64,000 bases of DNA, taken from positions 71,240,001 through 71,304,000 of the forward strand of contig OZ076409.1 of the NCBI GenBank assembly GCA_964187785.1, given 5' to 3'. Below are positions 1-9,300 of this stretch, piece by piece (the first letter of the stretch is position 1; each line of letters begins with the position of its first letter). Both the position numbers and the translations under genes were made by a program. The notes below the pieces were generated by a model. That model saw nothing but the letters and a program-made list of their open reading frames with translations, was not told the DNA's origin and made no database searches. The stretch comes from Amphiscolops sp. MND2022. Lineage: Eukaryota.

Positions 1-83
1 CAACGCCCCATCGTCCGTGGGCATGCCGAGGCATGCCCTTCGACGACGTATGCCAAATGCCCAGTGCCACGCAGTCTTTCCCC
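1..83 (+). repeat. Partial right end (core and tail) of the preceding unit, same type as the end of unit 84-1366
   Basis: Sequence matches 1284-1366 (caacgccccatcgtccgtgggcatgcc...gcagtctttcccc). Confidence 0.9.
19..38. promoter_or_regulatory. Palindromic 20-mer GGGCATGCCGAGGCATGCCC matching the p53-family response element (representative of 36 copies)
   Basis: 19/20 match to RRRCWWGYYY-RRRCWWGYYY with zero spacer. Binding is not demonstrated. Confidence 0.45.
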
Positions 84-1366
84 GCTAGGTGGCCGTGTCT
101 TTTCGACGTGCTTTTGCATTGAGGAGTGGGTAGGGCCCCGCGACGACCTAGAAGAATTGGATGCTCACCGAAACGTGCAGAATTCTACGAGATCTCATAG
201 TTTGAGCCATACGATTTTTCTGAAATTTGGCATGTGGCCTGGAATTGGTGAGTAGGTAAAACGTGTAGAAAGTAATTTTTCCCAAATTCCACTGTGAGAG
301 GAGATATGGGCAAATAACGGACCCAAAAATGGCAAAAATGCACATTTTTCAACTTTGTCAGCCAATATCTCTTTTCCAGGTGCCCGTAGCGTTCCGCACG
401 TGGACATCAATATTGCTCAGCGCTGTTGGAGGAGTGCGTGGACAAATTTTGGTTTAAATCGGACTTAAACTTGACGAGAAATTAACGGTTTTTTGGGCGT
501 TTCCGGGGTAAATTTTTTAACGGTCCAGCTTATCTTTGCCATTTTTTCGAAAATGTACATGCCTAAAGGCCTCCCCCTGGCCGAATTTACTCCCAGCAAA
601 CCCATTTGGCCCTAAATACGGAGTTTCAGCGTTCCAGCATTCCGGGGCGGAAAGTTGTGGGACTTGGAAAAATTTCAAAATTTTTTCAAAAATTTTTTTC
701 CCGTTTTCCGGGCCCCCAATGAAGGGGAACGAGCCCCCAACCAGTATTTTGAGTGAATTCATGTGGAACGCCCATGTTTGGAGGAGAAAAATGCCGTTTA
801 GAACATCTTTTTATCTTAACTTGACATTGACTTATGACGTTTTGAATGTGATGTTAGGATATATGAAGCATGTTAAAAGTTGAAGTTTTGAGTCTTTATC
901 TCATCGGAAAACCATTGAGATACAAGCAGTTTTGCTAAAAACGATTTTCATTGTAGGTTAGCAGAGTATTAGTACACTTTGATGTCATTTGAGTATATTT
1001 TTCTTCTATATAATAACTGTTTTTATGTATTTATTCCAATTTATCTCATCTTTTAACATCAAGCAGTTGAGTACATTTCATCTCCCTTTCGGGGGAGATG
1101 AGAATGTACTCGCTAAAAACCTAATGCTATGGCGCCAATGTTTGAATGGGAAGTTTTCTATGCTTTGAAAAAAGTTATTTTTAATTACTTGATTTTTTAA
1201 AACAATAATTAACATGAAGTACATTACTTGCTCCTACTACTACCACCATACATCTCTAACGTCAACACGCCCCCTGCTTGCATCAACGCCCCATCGTCCG
1301 TGGGCATGCCGAGGCATGCCCTTCGACGACGTATGCCAAATGCCCAGTGCCACGCAGTCTTTCCCC
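84..1366 (+). mobile_element. Short-class unit, subfamily S1 (1283 bp), putative non-autonomous element
   Basis: Bounded by junctions at 84 and 1367. Shares the aaaggcctccccctggcc...catttggccctaaatacggagtttcagcgttc block and the GAGTACATT hairpin with other short units. Left ~400 bp is distinct. Confidence 0.6.
1069..1111 (+). other. Short-class subterminal hairpin GAGTACATTYCATCYCCC-loop-GGGAGATGAGAATGTACTC (representative)
   Basis: Present in all 8 short units (1069, 16185, 17472, 18748, 20019, 21300, 41295, 44545), starting 298-311 bp before the next junction. Confidence 0.88.
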
Positions 1367-2901
1367 GCTAGGTGCGGGGGGGAAACCCCATCCCTTATCT
1401 TGGAGGATTCGGGTAGGGTCCTGAATCCGAGTTCAGTGCCGCCAGCTCTCAGTAGAAATCTGGGCATTTTTTTGCGATCTCGTGATCTAACCATAGGATT
1501 TTAAAGTTGGAGCGGCCCCCACCAGATTTTCCAAAGTTATTCGCCCCCCACCGGGTTCCAGCGTGATTGAAATATTTTGACGGGGTACACGGGCGACCGT
1601 TAGGGGTCATTTTGGGGGTAAAATTTATAAAAGTTCGCATAACTTTTTTCCTGTTGGTTTAAAACTTTAGGACCCTGCTAAAAGTTTCTTGACCATGTTG
1701 CAGGGGCCCCGGAGGTCCAAACCAAATTTTTCTATCTTGAAGCTATCTCCAAGTACCCCCCCGCCCAAACCGTTATTTTTCCGGAAACGCCGGTTTTTGA
1801 CCCGGAAGGAGTCGTCTGAGCGCGGGGTCGTTAGGTGATGTATTGGGGACGGCCTTGAGACGAAGCGGGGGATATATAGTTTGCCGACCCCAGTTTACCC
1901 CCCGCACGGGAAATGACCGTTATATGAGCGGGAAAAATGCCCCCTCCACGTTTTACCGCTATTTCCGGTGTGAAGGAGTGGGAGTAGCGCGTCGGGTGTT
2001 ATATAACAAAAGTAGGTTTAGACAAGGACCTATCGGAAACATGTAGTTTGGGACCCCCTGGTCCAACCCGTTAGCGGAAAATGGGGCTTCCGCCTCCTTT
2101 TTTTACTGCTAAAACCGTAAAATGGGCATTGAGGGGTAAATATCTCGTGAACGCGTGGAGCAATCGTGTCCATCACTACTACAAGGTTTCATACCCATGA
2201 TATGGTGCCTTCAGGGGGGCAAACAGATTTCCGCTATCTATCACCGTTACCGACTTGGCCCCCCAGCCTAACCGCTATGTGACCGGAAATGTCACTTTTT
2301 GAGCCCAAAGGGTCGGTCCCAGCCGGGGAACGTTAGGTTACTTATTGTAGTACTCAATGAGACGAGTTGGGGGATATAGTTTCAGTCACCCCCCGTTACC
2401 CCTTGGGACCGGAAATGACCGTTATGTGGGTAAAATTGCCATTTTTGTCCTATTTGGAGGGCATTTAGATGCGGAAGGAGTGGTAATAGGTGCTTGGACA
2501 CTATATGATGTAAAAGAGGACGTGATGCGAGCATTCGAAATTAACCGTTATGTTGACCCCTAAGTCCCCCTGGTACCGTAAATGACCGGAAATGGTCTAA
2601 TTTTGTGTTTATTGGGTACAAATGTTTGGTATTTTATGAATTAAAGTACATGGAAGGTGTTTCAAAGGCCTCCAGAAGTGAACATCGTCATGAAACCTTG
2701 TGGGGGGTAACGGTATATAACACCGGAAGTCCAAACCGTTGGTCACAGAATAGGTTTTTTGGTTTCAAAATGTCTTTAGGCGTAGTTTTATGGGTTGAAT
2801 CGTCATAATATCAACTATTACGGACATTTTTCGGAAAAAAAATTTTTTCACATTAGTTTCAGAGACCTCCAATGCTTCAGTCAACATAACCGTTACATTT
2901 T

Positions 2902-2945
2902 GATAGCCTTTCAAGTTGGCCTGGCGTCAACTTGGAAGGGCTATC
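2902..2945 (+). other. Long-class subterminal hairpin GATAGCCTTTCAAGTTGGC-loop-GTCAACTTGGAAGGGCTATC (representative)
   Basis: ~19-bp imperfect stem, nearly invariant in long units, starting ~455 bp before the next junction in the units measured. Confidence 0.85.
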
Positions 2946-3244
2946 CTTCTAAAATCGTTAATCAAGAGTGTTTTTGGGTAGGTATATGTTGCATTAGTAC
3001 CAATTATAGCTTCATCAACAGTTTGCCAACGGCAAAAACGATGTCGTGATAATTCCGTTATAAGAATATTAATTAAAAAATTGTTTACAAAGTTGATTTT
3101 TTTCATTTGAAATGTGTCCTAATGCCACCAAATTGAATAAAATAATAAATGGTATTGACTAAAACTAAATAACATTGAAAAAGAAGATCAACATTTTTAT
3201 TAGGTCTCATTATGGAAGCTGAAACCTCACGTTTTAACTTGATT

Positions 3245-3366
3245 AACGTCAACGCCACATACTTTACATCAACGCCCACCGTCTGTGGGCATGCCGAGGC
3301 ATGCCCTTCGACGACGTATACCAAACAACCTCCATATCTACACCCGATTGCGGTAGCGGCTAGGTG
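3245..3366 (+). other. Representative conserved core (36 copies): two TCAACGCC repeats, palindrome, TTCGACGACGTAT, variable tail, GCTAGGTG
   Basis: The only block conserved in sequence between long and short units. Seen directly at every junction. Confidence 0.92.
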
Positions 3367-6300
3367 CGGGGGGGAAACCCCATCCCTTATCTTGGAGGAT
3401 TCGGGTAGGGTCCTGAATCCGAGTTCAGTGCCGCCAGCTCTCAGTAGAAATCTGGGAAATTTTTTGCGATCTCGTGATCTAACCATAGGATTTTAAAGTT
3501 GGAGCGGCCCCCACCAGATTTTCCAAAGTTATTCGCCCCCCACCGGGTTCCAGCGTGATTGAAATATTTTGTCGGGGTACACGGGCGACCGTTAGGGGTC
3601 ATTTTAGGGGTAAAATTCATATTGGGCCACATAACTTTTTTTCTGTTGATTTAAAACTTTAGGACCCTGCTAAAAGTTTCTTGACCATGTTGCAGGGGCC
3701 CCGGAGGTCCAAACCAAATTTTTCTATCTTGAAGCTATCTCCAAGTACCCCCCCGCCCAAACCGTTATTTTTCCGGAAACGCCGGTTTTTGACCCGGAAG
3801 GAGTCGTCTGAGCGCGGGGTCGTTAGGTGATGTTTTGGGGACGGCCTCGAGACGAAGCGGGGGATATATAGTTTGCCGATCCCAGTTTACCCCCCGCACG
3901 GGAAATGACCGTTATATGAGCGGGAAAAATGCCCCCCTCCACGTTTTACCGCTATTTCCGGTGTGAAGGAGTGGGAGTAGCGCGTCGGGTGTTATATAAC
4001 AAAAGTAGGTTTAGACAAGGACCTATCGAAAACATGTAGTTTGGGACCCCCTGGACCAACCCGTTAGCGAGAAATGGGGCTTCCGCCTCCTTTTTTTACT
4101 GCTAAAACCGTAAAATGGGCATTGAGGGGTAAATATCTCGTGAACGCGTGGAGCAATCGTGTCCATCACTACTACAAGGTTTCATACCCATGATATGGTG
4201 CCTTCAGGGGGGCAAACAGATTTCCGCTATCTATCACCGTTACCGACTTGGCCCCCCAGCCTAACCGCTATGTGACCGGAAATGTCACTTTTTGAGCCCA
4301 AAGGGTCGGTCCCAGACGGGGAACGTTAGGTAACTTATTGTAGTACTCAATGAGACGAGTTGGGGGATATAGTTTCAGTCACCCCCCGTTACCCCTTGGG
4401 ACCGGAAATGACCGTTATGTGGGTAAATTTGCAATTTTTATACTTTTTCAAGTGTATTTAGGTGCGGAAGGAGTGGTAATAGGTGCTTGGACACTATATG
4501 AGGTGAGGGAGGACGTGAGGCGAGCATTCGGAAATAACCGTTATGTTGACCCTAAAGTCCCCCTGGTACCGTAAACGACCGGAAATGGTCAAATTTTGTG
4601 TTTTTAGGGTACAAATGATTAGAATTTTATGGAAAAAAGTACCTGGTCGGTGTTTCAACGGCTTGCAGTAGTGAACATAGTCATGAAACCTTGTGGGGGG
4701 TAACGGTATATAGCACCGGAAGTCCAAACCGTTGGAGACAGGATAGGTATTTTGGTTTTAAAATGCCTATAAGCGTACTTTTGTGGGTTGAATCGTTTCA
4801 ATATCGACTAATTTGGATATTTTTTTGACATTGAAGGTTTTTTCAATAGTTTCAGGGACCTCCAATGCTTCAATCAATATAACCGTTACCTTATGATAGC
4901 CTTTCAAGTTGGCCTGGTGTCAACTTGGAAGGGCTATCCTTCGAAAATCGTAATTCAAGTGTGTTTTTGAGTACGTTTTTATTACTTTAATATCAATTAG
5001 AGCCTAATCATTAGTTTGCCAACGACAAAAACTATGACGTGATGATACCGTTAGTAGAAGAATAGTTAACAATTTGTTGACAAAATTGATTTTTTGCATT
5101 TTAAATGTTTCCTAAATGCCAGGAAAACAATTTATCTAATGAATGGTACTGATTGAACCCAAGTATCATTTGAAAAAAGTTAAACATTGTTTTTTCGTTT
5201 CATTATGGAAGCTGAAACCTCACGTTTTAGGTCACTTAACGTCAACGCCACATACTTTACATCAACGTCCGCCGTCTGTGGGCATGCCGAGGCATGCCCT
5301 TCGACGACGTATACCAATTACATATATATCTACACCCACCCGCGGTAGCAGCTAGGTGCGGGGGGGTAACCCCAATAAATATATTGGAGGATTCGGGTAG
5401 GGTCCTGAATCCGATTTTAACTCTAATAGCTATCGATAGGAAATCTTGCAAAAATTTCGGGATCTCGTGATCTAACCATAGGATTTTAAAGTTGGAGCGG
5501 CCCCCACCAGATTTTCCGAAAATTAGCGCCCCCCACCGGGTTCCATACCCCGGGAAATTTTTTTCTGGCCACACGGGCGACCGTTAGGGGGTCATTTTAG
5601 GGGTAAAATTCATATTGGGCCACATAACTTTTTTTCTGTTGATTTAAAACTTTGGAACCCTGCTAAAAGTTTCTTGACCGTGTTGCAGGGGCCCCGAAGG
5701 TCCAAACCAAATTTTTCTATCTTGAAGCTATCTCCAAGTACCCCCCCGCTCAAACCGTTATTTTTCCGGAAACGCAGGTTTTTGACCCGGAAGGAGTCGT
5801 CTGAGCGCGGGGTCGTTAGGTGATGTATTGGGGACGGCCTTGAGACGAAGTGGGGGACAAGTAGTTTGCCAACCTCAATTTACCCCCCGGACGGGAAATG
5901 ACCGTTATATGAGCGTGAAAAATGCCCCCCTCCACGTTTTACCGCTATTTCCGGTGTGAAGGAGTGGGAGTAGCGCGTCGGGTGTTATATAACAAAAGTA
6001 GGTTTAGACAAGGACCTATCGGAAACATGTAGTTTGGGACACACTGGACCAACCCGTTAGCGGGAAATGGGGCTTCCGCCTCCTTTTTTTAGTGCTAAAA
6101 CCGTAAAATGGGCATTGAGGGGTAAATATCTCGTGAACGCGTGGAGCAATCGTGTCCATCACTACTACAAGGTTTCATACCCATGATATGGTGCCTTCAG
6201 GGGGGCAAACAGATTTCCGCTATCTATCACCGTTACCGACTTGGCCCCCCAGCCTAACCGCTATGTGACCGGAAATGTCACTTTTTGAGCCCAAAGGGTC

Positions 6301-9300
6301 GGTCCCAGCCGGGGAACGTTAGGTAACTTATTGTAGTACTCAATGAGACGAGTTGGGGGATATAGTTTTAGTCACCCCCCGTTACCCCTTGGGACCGGAA
6401 ATGACCGTTATGTGGGTAAAATTGCAATTTTTATACTTTTTCAAGTGTATTTAGGTGCGGAAGGAGTGGTAATAGGTGCTTGGACACTATATGAGGTAAG
6501 GGAGGACGTGAGGCGTGCATTCGGAAATAACCGTTATGTTGACCCTAAAGTCCCCCTGGTACCGTAAACGACCGGAAATGGTCAAATTTTGTGTCTATTG
6601 GGTACAAATGTTTTGTATTTTGTAGATAAAAGTATCTATTAGGTGTTTCGACGGTCTACAGTAGTGAACATAGTCATGAAACCTTGTGGGGGGTAACGGT
6701 ATATAGCACCGGAAGTCAAAACGTTGGAGACAGGATAGGTTTTTTGGTTTTAAAATGTCTTTCGGCGTAATTTTTCCGACTCTTGTGGACTATTTTTAAA
6801 AATTAAAGTTTTTCCATATAGTTTCAGAGACTCCGAAACCTCAACCAACATAACCGTTACCTTATGATAGCCTTTCAAGTTGGCCTGGTGTCAACTTGGA
6901 AGCGCTATCCTTCTGAAATCGTTAATCAAGAGTGTTTTTGGGTAGGTATATATTGCATTAGTACCAATTAGAGCTTCATCAACAGTGTATCAACGACAAA
7001 AACTATGCCGTCATGATTCCGTTATTAGAATCATAGTGAGCAAATTGTTGAAAAAATGGTTTTTTCCATACAAAATGTGTCCTAAATGCCAGGCAACCTA
7101 TTTACCTAACAAATGGTATTAATTGGAATGTTTGTAACAGATTTATAAAAGTTCAAATTGATAATTACATTTCATTATGGAAGCTGAAACGTCATATTTT
7201 AGTTTAATTAACGTCAACGCCACACACTTTACATCAACGCACACCGTCTGTGGGCATGCCGAGGCATGCCCTTCGACGACGTATGACAAATCCATATCAA
7301 ACGACGCCCGTACATCCCGGGCTAGGTGCGGGGGGATAACCCCAACAAATATATTGGAGGATTCGGGTAGGGTCCTGAATCCGATTTTAACTCTAATAGC
7401 TATCGATAGGAAATCTTGCAAAAATTTCGGGATCTCGTGATCTAACCATAGGATTTTAAAGTTGGAGCGGCCCCCACCAGATTTTCCGAAAATTAGCGCC
7501 CCCCACCGGGTTCCAGCGTGATTGAAATATTTTGACGGGGTACACGGGCGACCGTTAGGGGTCATTTTGGGGGTAAAATTTATATCCGGTCGCATAACTT
7601 TTTTTCTGTTGATTTAAAACTTTGGAACCCTGCTAAAAGTTTCTTGACCGTGTTGCAGGGGCCCCGAAGGTCCAAACCAAATTTTTCTATCTTGAAGCTA
7701 TCTCCAAGTACCCCCCCGCTCAAACCGTTATTTTTCCGGAAACGCAGGTTTTTGACCCGGAAGGAGTCGTCTGAGCGCGGGGTCGTTAGGTGATGTATTG
7801 GGGACGGCCTTGAGACGAAGTGGGGGACAAGTAGTTTGCCAACCTCAATTTACCCCCCGGACGGGAAATGACCGTTATATGAGCGTGAAAAATGCCCCCC
7901 TCCACGTTTTACCGCTATTTCCGGTGTGAAGGAGTGGGAGTAGCGCGTCGGGTGTTATATAACAAAAGTAGGTTTAGACAAGGACCTATCGGAAACATGT
8001 AGTTTGAGACCCCCTGGACCAACCCGTTAGCGGGAAATGGGGCTTCCGCCTCCTTTTTTTAGTGCTAAAACCGTAAAATGGGCATTGAGGGGTAAATATC
8101 TCGTGAACGCGTGGAGCAATCGTGTCCATCACTACTACAAGGTTTCATACCCATGATATGGTGCCTTCAGGGGGGCAAACAGATTTCCGCTATCTATCAC
8201 CGTTCCCGACTTGGCCCCCCAGCCTAACCGCTATGTGACCGGAAATGTCACTTTTTGAGCCCAAAGGGTCGGTCCCAGCCGGGGAACGTCAGGTAACTTA
8301 TTGTAGTACTCAATGAGACGAGTTGGGGGATATAGTTTCAGTCACCCCCCGTTACCCCTTGGGACCGGAAATGACCGTTATGTGGGTAAAATTGCAATTT
8401 TTATACTTTTTCAAGTGTATTTAGGTGCGGAAGGAGTGGTAATAGGTGCTTGGACACTATATGAGGTAAGGGAGGACGTGAGGCGAGCATTCGGAAATAA
8501 CCGTTATGTTGACCCTAAAGTCCCCCTGGTACCGTAAACGACCGGAAATGGTCAAATTTTGTGTCTATTGGGTACAAATGTTTTGTATTTTGTAGATAAA
8601 AGTATCTATTAGGTGTTTCGACGGTCTACAGTAGTGAACATAGTCATGAAACCTTGTGGGGGGTAACGGTATATAGCACCGGAAGTCAAACCGTTGGAGA
8701 CAAGATAGGTTTTTTGGTTTTAAAATGTCTTTCGGCGTAATTTTTTCGACTCTTGTGGACTATTTTTAAAAATTAAAGTTTTTCCATATAGTTTCAGAGA
8801 CTCCGAAACCTCAACCAACATAACCGTTACCTTATGATAGCCTTTCAAGTTGGCCTGGTGTCAACTTGGAAGCGCTATCCTTCTGAAATCGTTAATCAAG
8901 AGTGTTTTTGGGTAGGTATATATTGCATTAGTACCAATTAGAGCTTCATCAACAGTGTATCAACGACAAAAACTATGCCGTCATGATTCCGTTATTAGAA
9001 TCATAGTGAGCAAATTGTTGAAAAAAATGGTTTTTTCCATACAAAATGTGTCCTAAATGCCAGGAAACCTATTTACCTAACAAATGGTATTAATTGGAAT
9101 GTTTGTAACAGATTTATAAAAGTTCAAATTGAATATTACATTTCATTATGGAAGCTGAAACGTCATATTTTAGTTTAATTAACGTCAACGCCACACACTT
9201 TACATCAACGCACACCGTCTGTGGGCATGCCGAGGCATGCCCTTCGACGACGTATGACAAATCCTTATCAAACGACGCCCGTACATCCCGGGCTAGGTGC

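Noticed and set aside
19..91. CRISPR-like repeat and spacer appearance
   Set aside because: Repeats are 1.3-2 kb apart, tails recur and are related to each other, and there are no cas genes.
84..91. Canonical Helitron call from the CTAG end
   Set aside because: No 5' TC start, no A|T target, and the main hairpin is too far from CTAG. Kept only as a non-canonical hypothesis.
2357..2563. Recurrent ORF MRRVGG(Y/H)SFSHPPLPL... (68-102 aa)
   Set aside because: It recurs only because the unit repeats. Start codon and length vary, it is frameshifted in several copies (e.g. ~14330, ~35400, ~45870, ~59740), and I recognise no domain.
3212..3496. ORF MEAETS...CGHAEACPSTTY across the core, possibly an array of variable exons ending at AG|GT
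   Set aside because: Tail lengths do not preserve frame, some copies hit a stop before the junction (e.g. 5346), and the ATG is absent in several units. The conservation is explained by DNA symmetry.
5330..5345. Kinetoplast minicircle CSB-like words (GGGTGGGTGTA, GGGCGTT on the - strand)
   Set aside because: The match is imperfect, the order is opposite to CSB1-2-3, and it occurs in only some tails.
9131..9139. GAATATTAC resembling the CRESS-virus nonanucleotide origin
   Set aside because: Present in only some right arms, not in a clear conserved stem-loop, and there is no Rep gene.
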